Shown here: positions 10,317-20,237 of the stretch, piece by piece
Layout of the letters: each line of letters starts with the position of its first letter
How positions within the stretch are numbered: position 1 is the first letter of the stretch
NCBI RefSeq assembly: GCF_003334385.1
Contig: NZ_QOWN01000007.1
DNA from: Escherichia coli
Lineage (GTDB): Bacteria; Pseudomonadota; Gammaproteobacteria; Enterobacterales; Enterobacteriaceae
Direction: 5' to 3' (one strand)
DNA: 64,000 bases
Program-made: the position numbers and the translations under genes
Notes under the pieces: model-generated
The model's database searches: none
The model's input: the letters and a program-made list of their open reading frames with translations, nothing else
What the model was told of the DNA's origin: nothing

Positions 10317-11401
10317 TACTGGCGGCCCTCATAGTTCTGTTCAATCCACGATTGATAGGCACCACTTTTCACATTCTCGACCCATTTTGCATTAGCCAGG
10401 TACCATTCCACCGTTTTACGAATCCCACTCTCAAACGTTTCCTGCGGTTTCCAGCCCAATTCGCGGCTAATCTTCTCTGCATCAATCGCATAACGGCGAT
10501 CGTGTCCCGGGCGATCGGCAACATAAGTAATTTGCTCGCGGTAAGATTTCTCTTTCGGTACAATCTCATCCAACAAATCACAAATAGTGAGCACTACATC
10601 GATGTTTTTCTTTTCGTTGTGTCCACCAATGTTATAAGTTTCACCCGCTTTACCTTCAGTAACGACTGTATATAACGCTCGAGCATGATCCTCGACATAC
10701 AACCAATCGCGAATTTGATCCCCTTTACCATAAATAGGTAATGCTTTACCTTCCAGAGCATTCAGAATAACCAATGGAATCAATTTTTCCGGGAAATGAT
10801 AAGGACCATAATTGTTAGAGCAGTTAGTCACAATGGTCGGTAAACCATAGGTTCGTTTCCACGCGCGGACTAAATGATCGCTTGATGCTTTCGAAGCAGA
10901 ATATGGGCTACTTGGTGCGTAAGCTGTTGTCTCAGTAAATAAGGGTAATTCTTCTTTATTATTTACTTCGTCAGGATGAGGCAGATCGCCATAAACTTCG
11001 TCAGTAGAAATATGATGAAAACGGAAGCTATTTTTCTTGTCGCCATCAAGAGCAGACCAGTAATTGCGAGCCGCTTCCAAAAGGACATAAGTACCAACAA
11101 TATTGGTTTCAATAAATGCCGCAGGGCCTGTAATTGAACGATCCACATGGCTTTCAGCAGCCAAGTGCATCACTGCATCCGGCTGATGCTGAGCAAAAAT
11201 CCGTGCCATTGCAGCAGCATCGCAAATATCCGCATGTTCAAAAACATAGCGTTCAGAGTCAGAAACATCAGCAAGTGATTCCAGGTTTCCGGCGTACGTT
11301 AATTTATCGACATTAACAACACTATCCTGAGTATTATTTATAATGTGACGAACTACAGCAGAACCAATAAATCCTGCGCCACCAGTAACAAGTATTTTCA
11401 C
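10316..11401 (-). CDS. rmlB: dTDP-glucose 4,6-dehydratase
   Basis: 361 aa; [43 protein letters not shown] with a YxxxK active-site region ([10 protein letters not shown]); first gene of the O-antigen operon on the minus strand. Confidence 0.95.
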
Positions 11402-11476
11402 TTAATTTATTCCATATTACTTCAGAGCATGCTGTGAAATAAGCGGCTCTCAGTTTGATTAATAGAGGTATTAATG

Positions 11477-11488
11477 CACGCTACCGCC
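11477..11488 (-). promoter_or_regulatory. ops element (GGCGGTAGCGTG) within a JUMPStart sequence in the galF-rmlB intergenic region; RfaH-dependent antitermination site for the O-antigen operon
   Basis: Plus strand reads cacgctaccgcc at 11477-11488, the reverse complement of the ops consensus, so it is on the transcribed strand of rmlB. The flanking sequence acgctaccgcccctggcttt is shared with the second copy at 36225. Confidence 0.85.
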
Positions 11489-11773
11489 CCTGGCTTTACA
11501 GCTACCAGAGCACTGCATGCATGCCTACGATGTGACGAGCGTTACCCACTCGCGCTTAACCCGAAAAATTCAAACGCTAATTGTCTTACCAATCCGCCCT
11601 GGAAACAAGGAAAATCCTGGAAAACTTTGACTAAAATCCTATTGCTAACTCGTTGTTATTCTGATTGTTTATATAAAACAACGGCAGGAATATTCGCAAC
11701 AAATTACTTTCGCCACGAATCTTCACTGCCGTTATAATTTTCTTATCAACCGTTACATTCGGTCAGATTTTCA

Positions 11774-12667
11774 TTATTCGCTTAACAGCTTCTCAATACC
11801 CTTACGGAACTTCGCCCCTTCTTTGAGGTTGCGTAGTCCATACTTCACAAACGCCTGCATATAACCCATTTTTTTACCGCAGTCGTAGCTGTCACCAGTC
11901 ATCAGCATTGCATCAACAGACTGTTTTTTCGCCAGTTCGGCAATGGCATCTGTCAGTTGGATACGTCCCCATGCACCTGGCTGAGTGCGTTCAAGTTCCG
12001 GCCAAATATCTGCAGAAAGCACATAGCGACCAACGGCCATGATGTCTGAGTCCAGCGTCTGCGGCTGATCCGGTTTTTCGATAAATTCAACAATGCGGCT
12101 GACTTTGCCTTCGCGATCCAGCGGTTCTTTGGTCTGAATGACGGAGTATTCAGAGAGATCGCCCGGCATACGTTTTGCCAGCACCTGGCTGCGTCCCGTT
12201 TCGTTGAAGCGCGCAATCATGGCTGCAAGGTTGTAGCGCAGCGGGTCGGCGCTGGCATCGTCGATCACAACGTCTGGCAGCACCACGACAAATGGGTTGT
12301 CACCAATGGCGGGTCGTGCACACAAAATGGAGTGGCCTAAACCTAAAGGTTCGCCCTGACGCACGTTCATAATGGTCACGCCCGGTGGACAGATGGACTG
12401 CACTTCCGCAAGCAGTTGACGCTTCACGCGCTGCTCAAGGAGAGATTCTAATTCATATGAGGTGTCGAAGTGGTTTTCGACCGCGTTCTTGGACGCGTGA
12501 GTTACCAGGAGGATTTCTTTGATCCCTGCAGCCACAATCTCGTCAACAATGTACTGAATCATTGGCTTGTCGACGATCGGTAGCATCTCTTTGGGAATCG
12601 CCTTAGTGGCAGGCAACATATGCATCCCAAGACCCGCTACAGGAATAACTGCTTTTAAATTCGTCAT
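11774..12667 (-). CDS. galF: UTP-glucose-1-phosphate uridylyltransferase-like regulatory subunit GalF
   Basis: [52 protein letters not shown]... ...[16 protein letters not shown] is recognised as GalF. The track ORF extends 4 codons upstream from a GTG; the ATG at 12665-12667 gives the usual 297 aa product. Confidence 0.95.
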   Translation of the reverse strand: MTNLKAVIPVAGLGMHMLPATKAIPKEMLPIVDKPMIQYIVDEIVAAGIKEILLVTHASKNAVENHFDTSYELESLLEQRVKRQLLAEVQSICPPGVTIMNVRQGEPLGLGHSILCARPAIGDNPFVVVLPDVVIDDASADPLRYNLAAMIARFNETGRSQVLAKRMPGDLSEYSVIQTKEPLDREGKVSRIVEFIEKPDQPQTLDSDIMAVGRYVLSADIWPELERTQPGAWGRIQLTDAIAELAKKQSVDAMLMTGDSYDCGKKMGYMQAFVKYGLRNLKEGAKFRKGIEKLLSE

Positions 12668-12841
12668 TATTTCATCCACCTGTAAAATGGTTGCTGAATT
12701 ATAACTTGTTCGATTTTTTTCGCCAGCATCAATTACCCTGAATTGATTACTGAATTACTTGTGATGTTACGCCGCTTCGTTGTGGATTGCAGTAGCATTG
12801 TTCCTAAGTATGGCTCCATTTTTCCAGGAATGGTCGCAAAT

Positions 12842-14236
12842 CTACTCCCTCCGTTCCGGCAATCTAAAGTTAATCTTTTCCACATTAACAATATGGTGAT
12901 TTATCCTGTCGATATCGACGGAGCTTTGCCCTTTTTCATTCACCGCATGAACATTTGCAAGTGACAGCAGTGTTTCTTTTTTCGCCATAAAGACGCCGCG
13001 AACGTCTTTGCGCATGTCGAAGTTCATGCTCAATGCTGGTCCAACTGAGGATTCCTGCATCACCTTGATATTTCGCATAAAAAGATGTTGCGGTTTGTTG
13101 TGTAACTCCAGCGACGCACGCTTCATCTCAATGTTAGTCAGCGCCACAAAGGAGACAGCATTCCCGGCAGAGATTTGGATACCGCGCAATTTATAAGCAA
13201 GATGGGTGTTATCCATTTGAATATTATTCACTCGGAAATTTTGCGGTATCGAGAGATATTTGCCTTTAATTACCCCATAGCCGATTAACATCCCAGCGCT
13301 ATTAATCATTTCAATATTATCAATCACGAAATTGTCACAACCGTAAATAGCGACCGTCGCGTTATCAATACCTGCTTTCTTACTGAAATCCGGCGTGATA
13401 TTGCGGGCTTTGATATTACGAATAACAAAATGTTTACCATTTTCAACATGGATCAACTGCCGACAATCCGATCCCGTGATATTCGCCACGACAAAGTTTT
13501 TCACTGCCTGGTCTTCCGGGTAGTTATTATCATAAGTACTCCCCGCAAGGCCTATGCCGATGCCCCAGTTGATTTTGCCGTTAGTACAGTTGATGCGCTC
13601 GATGACATGGTCAGATATCAAAATATCATGGTCGTTAATCGCCACGTTCCATTCAATAGCGTCCCCCTGTAAGTCGCTGAACTTACAATTGGTGATGTTG
13701 GCACCGATAATCTGGTTATGAAATCCCTGGCGTAAGATGGCGTAATTAGCGTGGCTAACGGTGAGGTTATCGATGATCAGGTTGCGCATGACCCGTTTGT
13801 TTTTGCCACCAATATAAATCTGCGTTACCGGGCCAAAGCCGCTCATCGCCAGCCCTTTGATGGTGCAGTCAGAGCCGCGCACATCCAGGGTGATGTTATG
13901 CATACTGCCGCCCTTCTCCCCTGTCACCTGGCTGCCGTCCTGTAAGACAAATCGCCCTCTGCCGTTGCCGCGCAGGCTTCCAAGGATGTGTAACGTTTTG
14001 CCAGGAGGAATGAAGATGCCGGTGTTGATATTGTCACAAACGAATCCAGCAGGCACGACGACCGTTTGCCCTTCGCTGAAGGCTTGTTTAAATGAGGCGA
14101 TCCAGTCGTGAGGGGTGTAGTCGTTAATGTTAACGCTTTGTCGGGCGGGAAGCGCGCGGGCGAAAGGGGTATGGAGGAAGGCAAGCGCGGAGCTTGCCGT
14201 CAGGAAGGTGCGTCGGGAGAGTTTTTTAAATGGCAT
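12842..14236 (-). CDS. wcaM: Colanic acid biosynthesis protein WcaM (predicted beta-helix, Tat-type signal peptide)
   Basis: 464 aa; [29 protein letters not shown]-terminus with a twin-arginine motif; last gene of the colanic acid operon, adjacent to galF. Confidence 0.9.
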   Translation of the reverse strand: MPFKKLSRRTFLTASSALAFLHTPFARALPARQSVNINDYTPHDWIASFKQAFSEGQTVVVPAGFVCDNINTGIFIPPGKTLHILGSLRGNGRGRFVLQDGSQVTGEKGGSMHNITLDVRGSDCTIKGLAMSGFGPVTQIYIGGKNKRVMRNLIIDNLTVSHANYAILRQGFHNQIIGANITNCKFSDLQGDAIEWNVAINDHDILISDHVIERINCTNGKINWGIGIGLAGSTYDNNYPEDQAVKNFVVANITGSDCRQLIHVENGKHFVIRNIKARNITPDFSKKAGIDNATVAIYGCDNFVIDNIEMINSAGMLIGYGVIKGKYLSIPQNFRVNNIQMDNTHLAYKLRGIQISAGNAVSFVALTNIEMKRASLELHNKPQHLFMRNIKVMQESSVGPALSMNFDMRKDVRGVFMAKKETLLSLANVHAVNEKGQSSVDIDRINHHIVNVEKINFRLPERRE

Positions 14237-14246
14237 ACGTTCTCCT

Positions 14247-15467
14247 CTATAAAGCTTGCAGCAAGCTGGCGAGTTCTCGATTGATCACCTGCTGGTTAAA
14301 ATCGTGTTCGACTTTTTCGCGAGCACGTTTGACGACAGGAGCCAGTTCGTCGGTGTCCAGTTGGCTAAACGCCGCCAGTCGTTGCGCCAATGCGCGAGCA
14401 TCGTTCTCAGGCACCAGCCAGCCGGATTTATCGGCCTCCACCAGTTCCGGTATTCCACTATGCAGAGTAGAAACCACCGGAATGCCGACCGCCATCGCTT
14501 CCATTAGCGCCACCGGAATACCTTCCATATCGCCGTCCGCACCCGTTACCGAAGGCAGCAGGAAGACATCCGCGTCGTCGAGCATCGCTTTCACTTCATG
14601 GCTCGGTTTAAAACCCGGCATCTCCACCACATCTTCCAGTTGATATTGTTCGATAAGCGTGCGCAGGCGTCGTTCCCACGGGCCAATGCCGAGAATGCGA
14701 TAGCGAAATGCCACGCCCTGCTCTTTCAACTGACGGCAGGCTTCAATCGCCACATGCAGACCTTTTTTCTCGGTTAAGCGTGCGACGGAAATGATTTCCA
14801 GCGGCGTTGCAGGCGCTTTCACCGGACGCGGGCTAAAGCGCGTCATGTCCACACCCATACGCGATACGGCAATTTTTTCCCTCGGGCAGCCCATTTTTTG
14901 CAGCCTTCCGGCCCACAAATCGCTTATCGGTAACATCAGATCGCCACGGCGAAACAGTTGCTGATATTCGGGAGTGTAATGGTTGAGCACTTCCCGACTG
15001 GAAATATCAATGCCGTGGAAAATAGTGGCAATTTTGCCGCGAATGACACCCAGTTCGCGTAGTTTTGCTGCGGTTACCCCCGCAGGGCCAAAATGAGCGA
15101 TGAACACATCGGCGCGAAACGGTGTTGCGACCTGACCACAAATGGCAGACAAAATCAGGTTCCGCGACTCGGCACCATAGCGTTTGAGGTTGAGCGCCTG
15201 CCAGGTATTTTTACGATGAATGCCGCGTAAGGTCTGGCTGGCGCGGTGGCGCAGTTTCGCAACTTTGCCTTGTGGTTCGTCCTGTAACCAGCGGGTTCTG
15301 GCAGCAAGGTTGTATTTCGTCCATGCCGCGTGGGTGTTCTGGGTGTCGCCTTTTTGCAGCGCGACAATCTCCACCTCAAAGCCCATATCAATAAACGCGG
15401 TAATTTGATTGAGGACGAAGGTTTCCGAAGACAGCGGAAATTTCAGTAAAAAGAAGCCGACCTTCAT
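14247..15467 (-). CDS. wcaL: Colanic acid biosynthesis glycosyltransferase WcaL (GT4)
   Basis: 406 aa; [22 protein letters not shown]... position and length match WcaL; start overlaps the wcaK stop. Confidence 0.9.
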   Translation of the reverse strand: MKVGFFLLKFPLSSETFVLNQITAFIDMGFEVEIVALQKGDTQNTHAAWTKYNLAARTRWLQDEPQGKVAKLRHRASQTLRGIHRKNTWQALNLKRYGAESRNLILSAICGQVATPFRADVFIAHFGPAGVTAAKLRELGVIRGKIATIFHGIDISSREVLNHYTPEYQQLFRRGDLMLPISDLWAGRLQKMGCPREKIAVSRMGVDMTRFSPRPVKAPATPLEIISVARLTEKKGLHVAIEACRQLKEQGVAFRYRILGIGPWERRLRTLIEQYQLEDVVEMPGFKPSHEVKAMLDDADVFLLPSVTGADGDMEGIPVALMEAMAVGIPVVSTLHSGIPELVEADKSGWLVPENDARALAQRLAAFSQLDTDELAPVVKRAREKVEHDFNQQVINRELASLLQAL

Positions 15468-16744
15468 TTCACCTCCCCGATGCGCTCAAGCACAGATTGC
15501 ACCATCTGCATTCCCGTCTGACGCTCACGACTGACGGCTTCGCTAAGTCGTGCGTTCAGCGCCGGAAGCTGGCCTAAGGTATCCGCAACCATCGCTTGCA
15601 GGCTGCCGTCTAATAAATGACGGATATCAATTGCCATCTCCGGTAGTCCCAGCTGCTGCATAATCCCGGCGGATTTATGTTCATAGTTGATGGCAATCGC
15701 CGGAGTAGCAAAGTTCATTGAGATAATGGCGGAGTGCAGGCGCGTACCGACGGTGAGTTCACAGGCCCCCAGAATTTTGCCCATTTCCAGATCGTTGAGT
15801 TCATCCATCACTACGTGGTAACGGGCAGGATCGCTGATGTGCTGACGCAAGTTGAGCGCCACCATGCGGTCGTCTTTGTTATAGCTGTCGATGCCCGTAC
15901 AGGTGGAGAGCGCAATCACCTGATAGCCTTCGTCGAGAATGCGATTGACCACCCCGGCAAAGGCTTTTTCATACGCTTGCTGAGTGGTGCCGAGACGTTT
16001 GTCGAACGGTGCCAGTTCGCGCAGGGTAATTGCCACCGTTTTCTGTTGTGCGGCAACGTCCAGCCAGTGTTGAACGGCATAGCTGGCAGTGAAGTCTTCG
16101 GTGTGGTGATCGACCAGCCACGCAGTATCGACGCCATGTTCCACTTTTGCAGTGGTGATATTGCTGCGTTTCATCAGATCAAGGCTGACCGATTCGCGCA
16201 GGATCAGCGCGTCACAGTGACCAAAAACGTAGTTCGCCAGTTGGTTAAATTGCTCATCCTGGAAGGGACCGACGCTGTGACCAATCATAAACAGCGGCTT
16301 TTTCGCCATAAACGTGCAAAGTGCATGTTCAAACTGCGGCACGCCATAGAGATCGACAAAAAACGATCCGCCGACCTGGATAATGGCATCGTAACCTGAC
16401 AGTAGGCGCACGAAGTCAGTGAATCCCTGGGCGATGGCAATATTGCGCAGCTTGCCAGTGTCGGTGACGCGCGAGAGCAATACCTGGTGTTGATAGCGGC
16501 GACGGAGGACTTTTTTAACGCGCCCGACAACGCCCGCCGCGCTGTTGTGTTGTTTCATTTGAAGGAACAGCGGATCGCCCATTACCGGGCGGTTGAGCAG
16601 CCAGGAAGAACTGACCGGATAGCGGCTCATCACGTCCACTTCGGTATGTGGATTGAGGATGTTGATGGCATCAAGTAAGCCGCGCAAGATGGCGCTGTCG
16701 CCACGATTGCCGCAAGTGTGGTTGCCCAGAATAAGTAATTTCAT
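15464..16744 (-). CDS. wcaK: Colanic acid biosynthesis pyruvyl transferase WcaK
   Basis: 426 aa; MKLLILGNHTCGNRGDSAILRGLLDAI matches polysaccharide pyruvyl transferase (WcaK/CsaB family). Confidence 0.9.
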   Translation of the reverse strand: MKLLILGNHTCGNRGDSAILRGLLDAINILNPHTEVDVMSRYPVSSSWLLNRPVMGDPLFLQMKQHNSAAGVVGRVKKVLRRRYQHQVLLSRVTDTGKLRNIAIAQGFTDFVRLLSGYDAIIQVGGSFFVDLYGVPQFEHALCTFMAKKPLFMIGHSVGPFQDEQFNQLANYVFGHCDALILRESVSLDLMKRSNITTAKVEHGVDTAWLVDHHTEDFTASYAVQHWLDVAAQQKTVAITLRELAPFDKRLGTTQQAYEKAFAGVVNRILDEGYQVIALSTCTGIDSYNKDDRMVALNLRQHISDPARYHVVMDELNDLEMGKILGACELTVGTRLHSAIISMNFATPAIAINYEHKSAGIMQQLGLPEMAIDIRHLLDGSLQAMVADTLGQLPALNARLSEAVSRERQTGMQMVQSVLERIGEVK

Positions 16745-16805
16745 TTTTTCCTCATAAATTTGATGCCAGGTGAGGCTGTGTTTGTTGTGTTCGTTGCCGT
16801 TTTTT

Positions 16806-17280
16806 GCCTGATGCGACGCTGGCGCGTCTTATCAGGCCTACAAGACCCGAGCACAGAACCGTAGGCCGGATAAGGCGTTCACGCCGCATCCGGCATTCAG
16901 TGCCTGATGCGACGCTGACGCGTCTTATCAGGCCTACAGGTCCCGAGCACAGAACCGTAGGATGGATAAGGCGTTCACGCCGCATCCGGCATTCAGTGCC
17001 TGATGCGACGCTGGCGCGTCTTATCAGGCCTACAAGACCCGAGCACAGAACCGTAGGCCGGATAAGGCGTTTTACGCCGCATCCGGCATTCAGTGCCTGA
17101 TGCGACGCTGGCGCGTCTTATCGGGCCTACAAGATCCAAGCCCTGAACCGTAGGCCGGATAAGGCGTTCACGCCGCATCCGGCATTCAGTGCCTGATGCG
17201 ACGCTGACGCGTCTTATCAGGCCTACAGGTCCCGAGCACAGAACCGTAGGATGGATAAGGCGTTTTACGCTGCACCCGGC
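16806..17280. repeat. BIME array of about five tandem REP (repetitive extragenic palindromic) units between wcaK and wzxC
   Basis: The unit gcctgatgcgacgctg(g/a)cgcgtcttatcaggcctaca...ccgtaggccggataaggcg...cgccgcatccggca recurs with a period of about 100-120 bp. Track ORFs 16752..16985, 16804..17100 and 16993..17307 are translations of these repeats. Confidence 0.9.
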
Positions 17281-17308
17281 AACCGTTGTCGGAACCGAAA
17301 ACAACAAC

Positions 17309-18787
17309 TCACCCCGCCCGTAAAAGCATTTTCATTTTTTCGCTGCGACAAAACTGACGCTTCACTTCCACCACCAGCGGATGGCGCGACAGCACAATCA
17401 TCACCACAAACGCCAGCACGCCCGCGGCTATTTGCACCGCCAGCAGCATCCCCAGCGCCAGTTGCCCTTTCAGCACAATGCCCAGCACATAACTGACCAC
17501 CAGCGTCGGCAGCGAGAGATAAAACGGCAGCCACAAACTCAGGATGTACTGGCGATAACTGGAACCAAGAACCGGTTTAATCATCACGAAGTAACTCAGA
17601 ATGGTGTTGATAATCTGCACCAGCAGGAAACCGAGCGTGACGCCGATTGCGCCCGCCATCTGCCCACCAATAACAATCGCCGGAATAAACAGAAATGTTT
17701 TGAATACGTTGAATTTAAAGCTGATGTCGACCCGCGCTTTCGCCATCAGTAGCGAACCAATCGGGTTACCCACCGAACGCAGCAGACCCACCACACACAG
17801 CAATTGCAGCACCGGAATAATGCTGTTCCACTTCTCACCAAAGACCAGCGGTACAAAGTTATTTGACACCACCATCAGCCCCAGCAGCGCCGGAAAGTTG
17901 ATAATCCCCACCACCGACAGCAGCTTGTAGAAGTTGACGCGCAGCTTTTCGGTATCGTCCTGAATTTTGGCGAATGCCGGAAACAACACGCGGGTGATGA
18001 TCGGGTTCAGCTTCATCGGCGGCACAACGGCCACGTTGTACGCCAGGTTGTATCCCCCGGCCACGCCCGCGCCGAGAATACGCGCCAGCACCAGCGTCGA
18101 AAGGTTGGTGTTGAGATAGTTGATGATGCTGTCCGCCGTCAGCCAGGCACCAAAGCGTAAGTTCGGTGCCACCGACGCCAGCGAGAAATGCAGACCGGGG
18201 CGATAAATTTTGCGGCCAAAGTAGCCAAACAGCAGCGTTCTCACCGCACTATTGACCAGATAACCGAGGATCGCGGTCATCGCCAGCGGCCAGAAATGGG
18301 CGCTAACCACCGTAAAAGTGAAGCCCGCCAGTACCGCGCTGGTTTCGATCATGCCGATTTTGTTGAACTCCAGCTCCTTCTGCATCAACGCGCGGAACTG
18401 TTGCCCGTGGGGGATCACCACAAACGCCAGCGACAATGTTTTAATCAACGGTGCCAGGTCCGGGTTATTCAGCACGTCGCCGATGAGATCACTCAACAAA
18501 AACACCGCCACGCACACCACGATCCCCAGCCCGACGTTCAGCCAGTACAACGTGGTGAGTTCAAGGTGACTGATTTCTTTTCGCTGAATAATCGAGTTAG
18601 CGATACCAAAGTCAGAAAGCGTATCTGCCAGCGCGATGATCACCAGCGACACGGTAAGCAAACCGAACTGGTGGTTGTCGATAATCCGCGCCAGCACGGT
18701 CATCTGCACCAGCCCGAGGCCGATGATGATCACCGTGGCAATCGCCGACCACTTCGCGCCGCTGATGGTTTTTTCACGTAAGCTCAT
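17309..18787 (-). CDS. wzxC: Colanic acid repeat-unit flippase WzxC
   Basis: 492 aa polytopic membrane protein, MSLREKTISGAKWSAIATVIIIGLGLVQMTVLARI..., between wcaJ and wcaK as in the colanic acid operon. Confidence 0.9.
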   Translation of the reverse strand: MSLREKTISGAKWSAIATVIIIGLGLVQMTVLARIIDNHQFGLLTVSLVIIALADTLSDFGIANSIIQRKEISHLELTTLYWLNVGLGIVVCVAVFLLSDLIGDVLNNPDLAPLIKTLSLAFVVIPHGQQFRALMQKELEFNKIGMIETSAVLAGFTFTVVSAHFWPLAMTAILGYLVNSAVRTLLFGYFGRKIYRPGLHFSLASVAPNLRFGAWLTADSIINYLNTNLSTLVLARILGAGVAGGYNLAYNVAVVPPMKLNPIITRVLFPAFAKIQDDTEKLRVNFYKLLSVVGIINFPALLGLMVVSNNFVPLVFGEKWNSIIPVLQLLCVVGLLRSVGNPIGSLLMAKARVDISFKFNVFKTFLFIPAIVIGGQMAGAIGVTLGFLLVQIINTILSYFVMIKPVLGSSYRQYILSLWLPFYLSLPTLVVSYVLGIVLKGQLALGMLLAVQIAAGVLAFVVMIVLSRHPLVVEVKRQFCRSEKMKMLLRAG

Positions 18788-18788
18788 A

Positions 18789-20183
18789 TCAATATGCCGC
18801 TTTGTTAACGAAGCCTTTGAATACCGTCAGGAAAACGATTTTGATATCGAACCAGACGCTCCATTCGCGGATGTACTCAAGGTCGAACTCGACGCGTTTT
18901 TCCATTTTCTCCAGCGTGTCGGTTTCGCCGCGCCAGCCGTTAATCTGCGCCCAGCCGGTAATGCCCGGTTTCACCTTATGACGCAGCATGTAGCCTTCAA
19001 TGAGCTGTCGATACTGTTCGTTATGCGCCACCGCGTGCGGACGTGGACCGACAATCGACATCCCCCCGGTCAGCACATTGATAAACTGCGGCAATTCATC
19101 CAGCGAGGTGCGGCGCAGAAAGTTCCCCACTTTGGTGACGCGCGGATCGTTCTGCGTCGCCTGGGTCACCACTTTGTCGTTCTCCATCACTTTCATGGAA
19201 CGGAACTTCCACACTTTGATCGGCTTGCCATCCATGCCGTAGCGAGTCTGGCGGAAAATAACCGGCCCAGGTGAACTGAGTTTCACCGCCAGCGCAATGC
19301 AGCACAGCACCGGGGAGATCAGCAGCAGGATAAGCGTCGCCAGCACAATGTCTTCCGCACGTTTGAGCAGGCGGTTAACCCCGGAAAGCGGCGTGTCGTA
19401 AAGCGGCACCACCGGAACGCCGTTCATCTCTTCAAGACGTGAATGGAGAATGTTGAAGGTAAAGACATCGGGGATCAGCAGCACCGAACAGGTGGTGTCC
19501 GCCAGTTGATGGACCAGTTTTTTCACTCGCGCGCCGTCGCACATTTGCATCGCGATATAGACGTTATGAATCTTGCCTGCTTTAGCATCCTCGACCAGCT
19601 GTTGCAGGTTACCCGCCCAGTCGTTAGAAACGCCGCCCGGTTTCGGGTCGTGGTAAACCCCCACCACTTCAAACCCTAACCACGGCTGATTACGGAAGCT
19701 CTCCATCAGCATTTGTCCGGCGGCTAAATCCCCCGCCACCGCGACCATGCGCTTGTTATAGCCATGATTACGCAGCCAGCCCGCCCCAATGCGAATACAC
19801 GAACGGCAAACCACCAGTCCGATGCTGGTCAGCCCATACCACGCCAGCCAGATTTTCAGTTGCGTGTCGAAATCATTGTTGAACGCCACCAGTCCGGCGC
19901 TGAAAATCACGCTTAACGTCCAGTTTTGTAGCAACAGGGCAAATTCTGTCGCTGCCCGAACACCGCGCCATGAGCGATAAAAATCGGTGATGCCGCCCAG
20001 CATCTGGAACACCACCAGCGTAATCAGCGCCACCAACAGGTGCATGTAGAGGAATGACAGTCCGCTGACTTCGCAAACCAGCCATAGCCCGGCAAACATG
20101 ATGGTGATATCTGAAAAGCGTTGCACCATAGAGATTAACGATGCATTGGTTTTCGCTCGCTCGCGCTTTTTTAGATTTGTCAT
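18789..20183 (-). CDS. wcaJ: Undecaprenyl-phosphate glucose phosphotransferase WcaJ
   Basis: 464 aa; the C-terminal sugar transferase region (DELPQFINVLTGGMSIVGPRPH) is typical of the polyisoprenyl-phosphate hexose-1-phosphate transferase family. Confidence 0.9.
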   Translation of the reverse strand: MTNLKKRERAKTNASLISMVQRFSDITIMFAGLWLVCEVSGLSFLYMHLLVALITLVVFQMLGGITDFYRSWRGVRAATEFALLLQNWTLSVIFSAGLVAFNNDFDTQLKIWLAWYGLTSIGLVVCRSCIRIGAGWLRNHGYNKRMVAVAGDLAAGQMLMESFRNQPWLGFEVVGVYHDPKPGGVSNDWAGNLQQLVEDAKAGKIHNVYIAMQMCDGARVKKLVHQLADTTCSVLLIPDVFTFNILHSRLEEMNGVPVVPLYDTPLSGVNRLLKRAEDIVLATLILLLISPVLCCIALAVKLSSPGPVIFRQTRYGMDGKPIKVWKFRSMKVMENDKVVTQATQNDPRVTKVGNFLRRTSLDELPQFINVLTGGMSIVGPRPHAVAHNEQYRQLIEGYMLRHKVKPGITGWAQINGWRGETDTLEKMEKRVEFDLEYIREWSVWFDIKIVFLTVFKGFVNKAAY

Positions 20184-20237
20184 CGTTGTTCCTGTTATTA
20201 GCCCCTTACCCGCAATGGGGTAAGGGAAGATCCGACA

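Noticed and set aside
16806-17280. Regularly spaced direct repeats that could look like a CRISPR array
   Set aside because: The repeats are REP palindromes of alternating orientation with quasi-identical intervening sequence, not short identical repeats separated by unique spacers, and there are no cas genes nearby.
16804-17307. ORFs of 77-104 aa encoding repetitive PDATLARLIRPT/RRERLIRPTVLCSG peptides (also 21659..21964 and 45402..45773)
   Set aside because: These are translations of REP/BIME palindromic repeats in intergenic DNA; the repetition is at the nucleotide level and they have no start context.
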